A stretch of DNA of 64,000 nucleotides from positions 13,736 to 77,735 of the forward strand of contig JAHITR010000028.1 in assembly GCA_018817505.1 (NCBI GenBank), read 5' to 3'. This DNA comes from Candidatus Bipolaricaulota bacterium (GTDB lineage Bacteria; Bipolaricaulota; Bipolaricaulia; UBA7950; UBA9294). This document shows, one piece after another, positions 19,881 through 28,845 of the stretch (its first letter is position 1; each line of letters starts with the position of its first letter). The notes under the pieces are model-generated. The model was given only the letters and a program-made list of their open reading frames with translations. It searched no databases and was not told the origin of the DNA. The translations under genes were made by a program, and so were the position numbers.

Positions 19881-20726
19881 CTAGGGAAGTGGATCGAAGT
19901 CACGGCCATGAAGCAGGCTTGCGCCAAGAAGCCCCGACAGGCCGCCAAGCAATGTCCCCAATGCCAGGATCGTCATTCCAGCGCTCAGAATTCGCAAGCC
20001 ATTGAGCAGCCCTCCAAACAGCGAGAAGGCAACGACATGCGATAGGGCCAGTCGATGGAACAAATACAGCCCCGCCACCAAAAGGAGCCCTGCAAGCAAC
20101 CCCATCAGCACACCCAGCGCGACCACAAGAAGAATCACGACCCTCTCAGCGATACCGGACAATCGCAGCATGCGTATCTCCCCAGAGAATGAGGACAAAA
20201 GCTCATGGAACCCTCGTCGGAAGCAAAAGAGGCTCGCGGAGACCGTGGACACAAGAATGATGAGCAACGTAATTCGAACGATCAGAGAGACCGATGGCGT
20301 CTTGATCGCCAACTCGCGAGGGATTTCGACCACATCGATCACGCCATCCACGCCTCGAAACTCACTCGCAAGCGACGCGGCCATTTCCGGATCCGTTGGA
20401 GTCACGACAAACAGACCACCAGACGCGCTGTCATCGAATTCCTGCGCAAATTGGAAGCGCAGTGCAGCGATGTCATCACGCTCCCGCCAATCAAGGAACC
20501 ACTGATCGATTGTGGCAGATGACAGCCGTGGGGAGAGAAACACGCGAATCTCCTCAATGGGTTGTCCCTCCGTACTCCGAGCCACACTACCAGGAGAGAT
20601 CATGAAGAAACAGGCGATGGATGCCAAAAAAAGGAATAGGAGCAGACCTCCAAACAGAAAGAATGTCGCGCTCTTCGCTCGGATAGAGCCTAGCAACTCA
20701 CGAAAGAGGAACATCGGCATCGTCAT
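19881..20726 (-). CDS. ftsX: cell division permease FtsX-like
   Basis: One TM, then a large extracytoplasmic loop, then three C-terminal TMs. The start ATG at 20724-20726 (MTMPMFLF) overlaps the ftsE stop by 4 nt (ATGA). Confidence 0.75.
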   Translation of the reverse strand: MTMPMFLFRELLGSIRAKSATFFLFGGLLLFLFLASIACFFMISPGSVARSTEGQPIEEIRVFLSPRLSSATIDQWFLDWRERDDIAALRFQFAQEFDDSASGGLFVVTPTDPEMAASLASEFRGVDGVIDVVEIPRELAIKTPSVSLIVRITLLIILVSTVSASLFCFRRGFHELLSSFSGEIRMLRLSGIAERVVILLVVALGVLMGLLAGLLLVAGLYLFHRLALSHVVAFSLFGGLLNGLRILSAGMTILALGTLLGGLSGLLGASLLHGRDFDPLP

Positions 20727-21385
20727 GCTCCTTTCACCGTCCCATCCACCAAGCGGATACGCCGAAAGGCCTCCAACCCAGGTGGAACTGATCCTCGCGA
20801 TGCCACAAGTATGGTGAGATGCCCCGTATTCATCCGGCACAACAGGCGCGCCACCTCTGCCTTCTCCTCTTCTGCCAATCCTTCAAACGGCTCGTCAATC
20901 AACAGCAACAGGGGGTCGTGACAGATGGCCAACGTGATACCGAGCCGAACGCGATCGATTGACGAGAGTTCGAGCGCATCGACGCCCTGTTGGCGAATCA
21001 GACCTGTCGTCTCCAAAGCATACAACACCTTCTCTTCAGCTTGCTCGCGGTAATTGCCCAGCGCGCGAAGCTTGAACATCACATTGTCATGAACAGTACG
21101 TGGTAGAGGAACAAACCCCTGAGGATAGATGCCGATTCGCCGCCGTAGCGATAGCATCTTGTTAGGACCCAAACGAGCCACATTGCGACCGTGAACGAGT
21201 ATTTGCCCGCGTTGCGGACCGATCTGTGCCCCCAGCAGGCCCAGCAAGAGCGATTTTCCTGATGCAGCGGGCCCGACGATCACCATCAGTTCGCCTTGAT
21301 CCACACGAAGATGAATGTCTTCGAGCACCTTGACACCGTCTTCTGTGGAGAAGTGCAGTTCAGAGACTTGGATCATGATGGACAT
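20723..21385 (-). CDS. ftsE: cell division ATP-binding protein FtsE-like (ABC ATPase with a degenerate signature motif)
   Basis: Walker A GPAASGKS, Walker B LLLIDEP and an H-loop are present. The ABC signature reads LSSIDRVRLGI instead of LSGGQ. Confidence 0.75.
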   Translation of the reverse strand: MSIMIQVSELHFSTEDGVKVLEDIHLRVDQGELMVIVGPAASGKSLLLGLLGAQIGPQRGQILVHGRNVARLGPNKMLSLRRRIGIYPQGFVPLPRTVHDNVMFKLRALGNYREQAEEKVLYALETTGLIRQQGVDALELSSIDRVRLGITLAICHDPLLLLIDEPFEGLAEEEKAEVARLLCRMNTGHLTILVASRGSVPPGLEAFRRIRLVDGTVKGA

Positions 21386-22245
21386 CGCCCCACAACAAAC
21401 CGGTCCTTCTCTGCAATGTCACGCTCGACATGAACGTCGTCGAGCCCGGCACTCTCCAAGATCTGCTTGGCGTGATTGCCTTGTCGGTGACCGATTTCCA
21501 TGAGCACCACGCCATCAGGCCGAAGATGCGCCTGAAGTCCTGCGGCAATCTGACGGATTTTTTCCAGCCCATCGGGTCCGCCATCAAGTGCGACGGCGGG
21601 TTCGTGATCCTTGACTTCCGGCGCCAGATCTGACAGCTCATCGCTACGGATATAGGGAGGGTTGGTAGCAATGAAATCAAATTGCCCTTCAACCTGGTCA
21701 AACCAATCGGATTCAATGAATTCGATGCGATCGCCCACCTCATTCAACGCGGCATTTTCTCGTGCCGCACTAAGCGCAGTCGGTGATACATCAACGGCAA
21801 TGACCTCAGCCCTGGGAAGATAGCGCGCCATACAAACGGCAATCACACCCGTACCAGTGCCCAGATCTAAACATCGAATGTCTCGATCCCTTGGCGCTCG
21901 CTTGATGACTTGATCAAGCAACTCTTCGGTTTCCGACCGTGGGATCAGCGTTCTACGATCTACGCGGAACCTCAAACCATAGAAATTGACTTCCCCGATG
22001 ACGTGCTGAAGAGGGGTTCCCGAACGGCGTTCCTTCACCACATGACGATAGCGAGAACGCTCGTCACTCGTGAGCGGTTTGTCAGGAGCCATATAGAGAT
22101 GAAGGCGATCAACATCCAGAGCATGTGCAAGAAGAATCTCCGCTTCCAAACGCGGCTGCACGATTCCGGCATCCTCGAAGTATCCACGAGTCCAATTCAA
22201 AACCTCGCGGATGGTCCACTCAGTAGTCAGCGTAGTCCCCCCCAC
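21373..22245 (-). CDS. prmC: release factor glutamine N5-methyltransferase
   Basis: SAM motif LDLGTGTGVIAV and the NPPY active site (FIATNPPYI). Confidence 0.88.
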   Translation of the reverse strand: MGGTTLTTEWTIREVLNWTRGYFEDAGIVQPRLEAEILLAHALDVDRLHLYMAPDKPLTSDERSRYRHVVKERRSGTPLQHVIGEVNFYGLRFRVDRRTLIPRSETEELLDQVIKRAPRDRDIRCLDLGTGTGVIAVCMARYLPRAEVIAVDVSPTALSAARENAALNEVGDRIEFIESDWFDQVEGQFDFIATNPPYIRSDELSDLAPEVKDHEPAVALDGGPDGLEKIRQIAAGLQAHLRPDGVVLMEIGHRQGNHAKQILESAGLDDVHVERDIAEKDRFVVGRCPS

Positions 22246-22292
22246 CCACGAAGGCTAGGAGCCCTCATTTGCTGATTACAATAGCGAAATCT

Positions 22293-22320
22293 TGTAGTGA
22301 AAACAAGTGCTCCGTATAAT
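22293..22320 (+). promoter_or_regulatory. candidate sigma70-like promoter TTGTAG-16-TATAAT upstream of the yacL-like gene
   Basis: ttgtag at 22293-22298 and tataat at 22315-22320, inside an unusually AT-rich 60-bp patch between prmC and the next gene. Confidence 0.45.
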
Positions 22321-22381
22321 AGGATATCTGAGGAAAACGAGCAGAAACACCCATGATGTTTCTATTCGGGGCCAAAGGACG

Positions 22382-23446
22382 GTGGCGGGCGTGTTCTATT
22401 TCTTGTTGTTCTTATCATCCTCATTCATCTTCGGTGCTGCCATCTCAGTTGCCTACCGGCTACTTCCGCCGCTTGGACCACTCTCCATGTTCGTGTCCAA
22501 TCTGCTGCTCGGCGGGATGGCTGGCAGTGTATTGGCAGCAGGGATTGCGATGACCTGGAAGCGAATCTCTCACTCGTTTGAGGAGGAGGGCGCTGAGCAG
22601 CGACTGCTCAATAGCCTGTGGGTTGGTTTGGGAGGCACGGCGTTCGGCATCGTGCTTGCCTACGGGGTGACGTTGGCGTTCCCACTCACAGATGCAGTGA
22701 AGGTGGCCCGGGGGGTACTCCTCATGGGCTGTAGTTGCGCCGGGATTCGTATCGGATTTCTACTCCATAGCCCGATGGCTCGCCCTCGACAGGAGAATGG
22801 ACATCGCGTCACACGTAAGCCATCCAATACGCCAAAGAAGATCCTTGACACAAGCATCATCATCGACGGACGTATCAGTAGTCTGTTGGCAACTGGTTTT
22901 GTCGAGGGCGAAATTTTAGTTCCTGAATTTGTTCTCACTGAACTGCAAAACATCGCGGACTCCTCCAACAGCTTGCGCAGACGCAAGGGGCGGAGAGGCC
23001 TAGATGCACTCAACCAGCTCATGCAAGATGACAGTATCGCGATACGAGTCACAACACGTGACTATCCTTCGATCCGAGAGGTCGATCGCAAGCTGATCCA
23101 TCTTGCCAAGGATGAGTCCGCCGTTCTGATTACGACAGACTACAATCTCAATCGCGTCGCACAGGTTGAAGGCGTGGCCATTCTGAACGTCAATGAGCTC
23201 TCCAACGCCGTGAAGCCTCGCTTCATCCCTGGAGAGGAGATTTCCGTGGAAATCATCGACCGCGGCGAGGAGATCAACCAAGGTGTCGGCTACCTGGATG
23301 ATGGAACCATGGTTGTGGTGGAAAACGGGCGTCGTCACATTGGGCGAACCATCAAGGCCGTCGTCAAGAGCACGCTGCAAACGGATGCCGGACGCATGTT
23401 GTTTGTGGAGCCGGCCAGTGACGGTGCGCGCGGGGAGCAATCTTAA
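22382..23446 (+). CDS. PIN/TRAM-domain membrane protein (YacL-like)
   Basis: N-terminal TM helices, then a PIN domain (ILDTSIIIDGRISSL...EILVPEFVLTELQNIAD), then a C-terminal TRAM-like beta domain (ISVEIIDRGEEINQGVGYLDDGTMVVVENG). Start is placed at the GTG at 22382 (AAGGA upstream); the tool ORF start at 22307 lies inside the promoter. Confidence 0.7.
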   Translation: MAGVFYFLLFLSSSFIFGAAISVAYRLLPPLGPLSMFVSNLLLGGMAGSVLAAGIAMTWKRISHSFEEEGAEQRLLNSLWVGLGGTAFGIVLAYGVTLAFPLTDAVKVARGVLLMGCSCAGIRIGFLLHSPMARPRQENGHRVTRKPSNTPKKILDTSIIIDGRISSLLATGFVEGEILVPEFVLTELQNIADSSNSLRRRKGRRGLDALNQLMQDDSIAIRVTTRDYPSIREVDRKLIHLAKDESAVLITTDYNLNRVAQVEGVAILNVNELSNAVKPRFIPGEEISVEIIDRGEEINQGVGYLDDGTMVVVENGRRHIGRTIKAVVKSTLQTDAGRMLFVEPASDGARGEQS

Positions 23447-23453
23447 GGAAGGC

Positions 23454-23960
23454 ATGATGAACAAGAAGAGATGGATCCTTGTCGGGGCGGTTGCCGCTCT
23501 GCTGCTCGTGGTCTTTGTTGGGCGCGGCCTGTTCACGAGCAACGAAGCTGATTACACATACTGGGAACCTGTTCTCAGCCCAGATGGCAGCATGATCGTC
23601 TATGAATCCGTGACTGAGTTGAGCCTTGAGTTGTTCACGATGGATCTAGGCACACAGGCAGTGACGCAGCTGACAAACGATGAATACGCGAATTGGTCAC
23701 CTTCATGGTCCCCTGACGGCAACCGTGTCGCGTTCGCGTCCAGCCGCGACAAGAATGTCGACATTTTCGTGCTCGATGTTCATACTCTTGAGATCACGCG
23801 TCTGACATCGCATTCCGGTGATGATATCAACCCCAGCTGGGGAATCGATGGGGCCATCTATTTCAACTCCAATCGCTCCGAAACCTGGGAAGCCTACTCC
23901 ATCGATCCCGACAGCTTCGTGCTTCGGAAACTAACGTCACTCGACGCGACGAGCCCATGA
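23454..23960 (+). CDS. TolB-like WD40/PD40 beta-propeller repeat protein (short, secreted)
   Basis: ATG at 23454 after an AGGAAGG RBS; signal/TM segment MMNKKRWILVGAVAALLLVVFVG. PD40-like repeats: YESVTE, WSPSWSPDGNRVAFASSRDKNVDIFVLD, INPSWGIDG. Confidence 0.6.
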   Translation: MMNKKRWILVGAVAALLLVVFVGRGLFTSNEADYTYWEPVLSPDGSMIVYESVTELSLELFTMDLGTQAVTQLTNDEYANWSPSWSPDGNRVAFASSRDKNVDIFVLDVHTLEITRLTSHSGDDINPSWGIDGAIYFNSNRSETWEAYSIDPDSFVLRKLTSLDATSP

Positions 23961-24631
23961 GCATTAGTGCAGTGATTCTCGCAGCAGGCCGCGGGGATAG
24001 AATGCAAGCGGGGGGCAACAAAATGCTGCTGCCCCTTGAGGGTCACCCTTTGATCTGTTGGGCTGTGCGCGCATTCGCGCGAATCGATGAAATCGATGAC
24101 CTGATCATCGTTGTACAGGCTCACGAAGCGATGGAGATCCGACGACTCCTCCATCCCATCGCCCCCAATGCGCGGTTCATCGAGGGGGGAGTGACGCGAA
24201 GAGATTCAGCGTTAGCCGGTGTTCGCGCAACTCGCAACGAGTTGGCGTTGATCCATGATGGCGCGAGGCCTTTCCCGTCTGCAGCGCTCATCCACCGCGT
24301 CATTGCCAAGGCGAAAGTCACGGAAGCGGCAATCCCAGTTCTGCAGATCACGGACTTGCTTCATACGCTCGACTCTTCTGGGAGTACAGTCACGCAGTTG
24401 CCACCCTCCATCCCGTTGTTGGCTCGTGCGCAGACACCGCAGGGATTCTATCGTGCTCTCATTCTTCAATGTCTCGAGAACGCACCAGCCGAAATCCGAG
24501 ACGATGCCACTGCCGTCTTATGGACAGGCAGGGCCGTGTCGACCGTCCCTGGCGAAAGCGTGAATGTAAAGATCACCAAGCCGGATGACCTTCTCCTGGC
24601 CGAAGCCATCGCCGCACACTTGGAAGCCTAG
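23957..24631 (+). CDS. ispD: 2-C-methyl-D-erythritol 4-phosphate cytidylyltransferase
   Basis: SAVILAAGRGDRM N-terminus and the IHDGARPF motif; 224 aa. Confidence 0.9.
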   Translation: MSISAVILAAGRGDRMQAGGNKMLLPLEGHPLICWAVRAFARIDEIDDLIIVVQAHEAMEIRRLLHPIAPNARFIEGGVTRRDSALAGVRATRNELALIHDGARPFPSAALIHRVIAKAKVTEAAIPVLQITDLLHTLDSSGSTVTQLPPSIPLLARAQTPQGFYRALILQCLENAPAEIRDDATAVLWTGRAVSTVPGESVNVKITKPDDLLLAEAIAAHLEA

Positions 24632-24705
24632 GCAACTGAACTGTCTCGTTGTCAGATCCTGTGCATCCGGCTAGAATGCGTTATCACCGCGCCAAGGAGG
24701 CTGGT

Positions 24706-25398
24706 ATGATTCGAACCAAAAATCTGTGGTTGGTATTGGGTTTGGTCTTGAGCATGTCGCTCATCACGTTTGCCGCTACTCCATTTACGGAAACGTATGT
24801 TGTGGGTGGCACTGCAGTATGGTTGTTCAACAACACCACTGGAGAGACCGCGAACATTCTCCACCTGGAGTTTGCAGAGGACGTTACGCTCAGCGCGACA
24901 CTGGCAATCGGTGGGCAACTTGTCCCAATGGGCCCACTCACAGGCAAAGTCTTTGACTTCGCTGGATCCATCACCAAGGGCGGAACATTCCAGGTTTATG
25001 TGACCCCAGTCACTGCAGTTCCGGCTCTCGCACAGTGGCTCAAGATGGACGCGGTTGGCAATACCCTTCCGATTGGTTCTCCTTATTTCACGTCGCTCTC
25101 GGTTTTGGGACGACTATTTGGAATCGGTATTGTCGCATTGAGGGAAGCCAATCCAGCAGCTCTTGCTGCAGCATTCGAGCAGTTCTTCGCAGACAATGCG
25201 GATTATTTGGCTGGCCTCTCCGAATCGCTTGGCATGTCGCTTGCAGACTCCTTGATGCCCATTATTATGGCGTCTCCTGCAGAAGGCATCGAGAACTTCT
25301 TCAACACCATCATGGGGATGTTGGGAGTCACCAGTCTTGCTGAAGCCGTTACGGGAAGCGTGAACTGGACCGCCTTGTTTGCAGCGCTCGGGATGTAG
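24706..25398 (+). CDS. secreted hypothetical protein
   Basis: ATG at 24706 after an AAGGAGG RBS; signal peptide MIRTKNLWLVLGLVLSMSLITFAATPF. No recognisable domain. Confidence 0.5.
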   Translation: MIRTKNLWLVLGLVLSMSLITFAATPFTETYVVGGTAVWLFNNTTGETANILHLEFAEDVTLSATLAIGGQLVPMGPLTGKVFDFAGSITKGGTFQVYVTPVTAVPALAQWLKMDAVGNTLPIGSPYFTSLSVLGRLFGIGIVALREANPAALAAAFEQFFADNADYLAGLSESLGMSLADSLMPIIMASPAEGIENFFNTIMGMLGVTSLAEAVTGSVNWTALFAALGM

Positions 25399-25426
25399 AT
25401 CCCTGAAACGATTCGAGATAGCTTTC

Positions 25427-25456
25427 AGAGAAGGGCTTCGGCCCTTCTCTTTTTCT
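25427..25456. terminator. rho-independent terminator hairpin between convergent genes
   Basis: agagaagggc-ttcg-gcccttctct, a perfect 10-bp stem with a 4-nt loop followed by TTTTCT, sitting between the gene ending at 25398 (+) and the one ending at 25472 (-). Confidence 0.65.
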
Positions 25457-25471
25457 ACAGAAGAAGGTTGC

Positions 25472-27742
25472 TTAGGCCGATCGCAGCAATTCCGCGACGG
25501 TGCACGGTTCGAGGGGGTATTTGGTCGCCTGATGGCCCACAGCATGGCTTACAGCACTGGCCACAGCCGCATGAGCAGCCATAAGTGGCACTTCCCCCAA
25601 CCCTTTGGCTCCGAACGGGCCAGCCGAAAACTCGGCTTCAATAAAATCGACGCCCATATCGAGCACCACATCGCGGATCGTGGGTAGCCGATAGGTTGTC
25701 AGCCCGTTCACCATCAGGAACCCGTCCTTCTGGGGAATGTCCTCCATGAGCGCAAATCCTATGCCTTGCGCGACGCCTCCCTGTACCTGGCCCGTGGCCA
25801 ACGTACGATTGAGAATTCGGCCTGAATCGTGGACAGCCACAAAGTCAATGACGTCCGTTTCTCCAGTGACCGTGTCGACCTCAACTTCGGCAATATGGCA
25901 GGCGTACGCATAGACGGGATAGGCGTCTCCCAGGCCCGTCTGCGGATCCCAAGACACCGGTTCTGTCTTGGCCCAGCCTTCGACGGCGGGATCAAGGTTA
26001 TTCAGCCAGAACAAGTTGGCGATTTCGTCCCAACGCTGCCGAATTTCAGAGCGATCCATTCCGTTGCCAAGCGCAACCTCCTCAACACGTTCGCGGAGTT
26101 TCCTGGCTGCATCGAGCACGGCCAGTCCTGACATCATCGTTCCACGCGAAGCAACCGTCGGCCCTGAATCCGGAACGCGTGACGTATCCACAGGCGCCAG
26201 CTGAATTCGCTCGATAGAAACACCGAGCTCTTCTGCAGCAATTTGAAGCAGCGATGTGGTGAGCCCTTGTCCCATTTCCACAGTTCCCACGGCAACGGCA
26301 ACGGAACCGTCAGCTTCTAGCTTCATCGTCGCGCCAGCCTTGTCTAGGAAGGGAGCTTTTCCTCCTAATCCAACACCATACAGAACGCAGGAAATGCCAA
26401 GACCCCGCTTGATGTCGCGGTGTTGCTCATTGAAGGCGGCGATGGCTTCCAGTCGCTGATTCCATTCGACCATCTCTGTCGCACGGGCGAGCGAATCGGC
26501 CATTCCTACACTGGAATCAAGCAGTTGCTCGGTCGACGACCGATCGCCTTCGACAAGCACATTACGTCGTCGTATGTTTGCCCGATCCAAATTCAGCGCC
26601 TCAGCCAGCCGATCCAACTGCGCTTCGTGCGGGAAGATCACTTGCGGGCTTCCGAATCCTCGAAATGCACCATTGGGAACGGTGTTTGTCGCCACTGACT
26701 TAGCATTCACGCGAACATTGGGGATGCGATAGGGGCCTGCTGCCGTGCACAAACTTCGCCACAATACGGCAGAGCTGAGCGTTTGATAGGCACCCGCATT
26801 GAGGATGACATCCACATCAATGGCTGTGATCGTTCCGTCAAACATTGCTCCGGTTCGGTAATGCACACGGGACGGGTGGCGTTTGCTGGTCGTCAATACG
26901 TCTTCTCCGCGATCCAGGACCAGCTTCACAGGACGCCGAGTCTTCCAGGCCATGAGCGCGGCCAAGCTACAGATCTGCGACGGAACGTCTTCCTTGCCAC
27001 CGAATGCTCCTCCTGTCGTGGCCTGGATGACGCGGATCTTGGACATCGGAAGACCGAGCACCACAGAAACGGCCCGCTGCACATAGAATGGACACTGCAT
27101 CGATGCGTAGATGGCCATGCCACCGCCCTCTTCGGGAACAGCAATGGCCCCTTGGGTTTCAATATACGCGTGCTCTTGATAGCCCGTTTCGTAGTCACCC
27201 TCGATGATCACATCTGCTTGGGCAAAACCCGCATCTGCATCGCCCTTGTGCAAGACCATCTCATTAAATAGATTACCGCCCCCCTCAGCCGCAGCTTCAA
27301 GCGAGACGATGACGGGGGAATCAGAGCGAAGTGCCTCCACAGGATCGCTCACCACAGGCAATTCCTCATACGTGATCTTCATGCCCTCGGCTGCTTGCTT
27401 GGCCACTTTGCGGCTCGTTGCCGCGATAAGGGCCACGGGTTCGCCCACGTAGCGAACCACATCGCAAGCAAGCGCTGGCTGGTCATCGTAGATGACGTGA
27501 ACGACATTCTTGCCAGGCACGTCCTCATGGGTCACCAGACAACTCACATCCGGGTGAGAGAATGCTGACGCGAGATCCACGTGCATGACCTTGGCATGCG
27601 GAAGTGGACTGCGGACAACCCATCCATGGAGCATTCCGGGAAACGCGAGATCATCGACGTACTTCGCGTCACCGCGTACTTTGTCTACTGCGTCAGGACG
27701 CGATAGCCCAGCTCCAATCAGGGTTGTCCGCATGTGCGTCAT
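25472..27742 (-). CDS. xanthine dehydrogenase / aldehyde oxidase family molybdopterin-binding large subunit (stand-alone, no FeS or FAD domain)
   Basis: 756 aa. An N-terminal a/b-hammerhead region leads into the Mo-binding domains. Motifs: TTGGAFGGKED and PNGAFRGFGSPQ. The C-terminal motif reads ATGQVQGGVAQGIG where XDH has GQVEGAFVQGLG. Stop/start abutment with the carbamoyltransferase gene ending at 27745. Confidence 0.88.
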   Translation of the reverse strand: MTHMRTTLIGAGLSRPDAVDKVRGDAKYVDDLAFPGMLHGWVVRSPLPHAKVMHVDLASAFSHPDVSCLVTHEDVPGKNVVHVIYDDQPALACDVVRYVGEPVALIAATSRKVAKQAAEGMKITYEELPVVSDPVEALRSDSPVIVSLEAAAEGGGNLFNEMVLHKGDADAGFAQADVIIEGDYETGYQEHAYIETQGAIAVPEEGGGMAIYASMQCPFYVQRAVSVVLGLPMSKIRVIQATTGGAFGGKEDVPSQICSLAALMAWKTRRPVKLVLDRGEDVLTTSKRHPSRVHYRTGAMFDGTITAIDVDVILNAGAYQTLSSAVLWRSLCTAAGPYRIPNVRVNAKSVATNTVPNGAFRGFGSPQVIFPHEAQLDRLAEALNLDRANIRRRNVLVEGDRSSTEQLLDSSVGMADSLARATEMVEWNQRLEAIAAFNEQHRDIKRGLGISCVLYGVGLGGKAPFLDKAGATMKLEADGSVAVAVGTVEMGQGLTTSLLQIAAEELGVSIERIQLAPVDTSRVPDSGPTVASRGTMMSGLAVLDAARKLRERVEEVALGNGMDRSEIRQRWDEIANLFWLNNLDPAVEGWAKTEPVSWDPQTGLGDAYPVYAYACHIAEVEVDTVTGETDVIDFVAVHDSGRILNRTLATGQVQGGVAQGIGFALMEDIPQKDGFLMVNGLTTYRLPTIRDVVLDMGVDFIEAEFSAGPFGAKGLGEVPLMAAHAAVASAVSHAVGHQATKYPLEPCTVAELLRSA

Positions 27743-27744
27743 GC

Positions 27745-28767
27745 TTACAGACGCCCTCCCATGGTGAGGGTCATGATCGCCTTCTGAGTATGCAGTCGGT
27801 TCTCTGCTTGGTCATAAATCCACGACAGATCGTTGTCGCAGACATCAGGCATGGCCTCATGTCCTCGATCTACTGGCATGCACTGGAGTAGATGCCCGGG
27901 ACTGGTAAGCGCCTGCTTTTCAGCGGTGTAGCACCAGTTCTTGTACTTGAGGGCAATCTCGTGCTCCTTCTCTTTGCCAATATCGTATCGATCCTTGGTG
28001 AACCAATTGCGCGGGAAGACGACCGTGGCACCAGCAAGAGCTTTGTCCAAATCGTTCTCCACCGTGAATTGGCCCCCAGTCTGCTTGGCCAAATCCCGGC
28101 ACTGCTGCATGACGTTGGGATCCATGTCATACTCCGGCGGATGGGCAACAACAACGTCCATGCCGTACATCGACGAAATCAGTGCCGTTCCCTGAACAGA
28201 GCAGAGACCGCGGATCCACGGCGTGTAGGCCCACATAATGACAATCTTCCTTCCCTTGACCTTGCCTTCCAGTTTTTCGTGCATGGTGTAGATGTCTGTC
28301 AGCGACTGGCAGGGATGGTTGATGTCTGATGCCATGTTGATGACGGGAACGCCGGCATGTTCGCCGAACATTCTCATCACTTGGTCGCCAAAGCCGTAAT
28401 GGTCGATGGCGTCATCGAGCAGACGAATACCAATACCATCGCAGAACCGAGCCATCGCCTTGGCGGTATCCTTGACGGTTTCGCCGGCTCCTGGCTTGTC
28501 TTCGAGAGAGATGCGCATGGTCGACGGGTTGAGGAACTGGGCATGTCCGCCCAATTGTGTCATACCCGTTTCAAAAGACATCCGCGTGCGCGTCGATCCG
28601 GCAAAGAACAGCATGGCGAACGTCTTGTCTTCGAGAGTGTGATGCGGTTTCCTGCTGTAGTAGGCACCCTTCAGCTGATCCGTGACCTTCATCGCGATAT
28701 CGTACTCTTCGCGCGTCCAGTCAATCTCGCTGATGAGATTGCGACCTGCTAGATCAAACCAGCTCAT
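27745..28767 (-). CDS. YgeW-like knotted carbamoyltransferase, paralog B (divergent)
   Basis: ATG at 28765-28767 (MSWFDL) after an AGGAGG RBS. Carbamoyl-phosphate binding STRTR (FAGSTRTRMSF), HPCQ (HPCQSLTD), an IMWAYTPW block, and LLQCMPVDRG in place of the HCLPA motif. Confidence 0.8.
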   Translation of the reverse strand: MSWFDLAGRNLISEIDWTREEYDIAMKVTDQLKGAYYSRKPHHTLEDKTFAMLFFAGSTRTRMSFETGMTQLGGHAQFLNPSTMRISLEDKPGAGETVKDTAKAMARFCDGIGIRLLDDAIDHYGFGDQVMRMFGEHAGVPVINMASDINHPCQSLTDIYTMHEKLEGKVKGRKIVIMWAYTPWIRGLCSVQGTALISSMYGMDVVVAHPPEYDMDPNVMQQCRDLAKQTGGQFTVENDLDKALAGATVVFPRNWFTKDRYDIGKEKEHEIALKYKNWCYTAEKQALTSPGHLLQCMPVDRGHEAMPDVCDNDLSWIYDQAENRLHTQKAIMTLTMGGRL

Positions 28768-28845
28768 GCTTCCTCCTTGGAGGCGGCGCTCATCGCGGAG
28801 TTCGTAGCGCTTGACGCTACGAACCCCGCACAATGAATCGCAGCT

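Noticed and set aside
22307-22381. Tool-predicted start of the yacL-like ORF at 22307 (MLRIIGYLRK...)
   Set aside because: These codons lie inside the predicted TTGTAG-16-TATAAT promoter and upstream of the likely transcription start. The first plausible start is the GTG at 22382, with AAGGA upstream.
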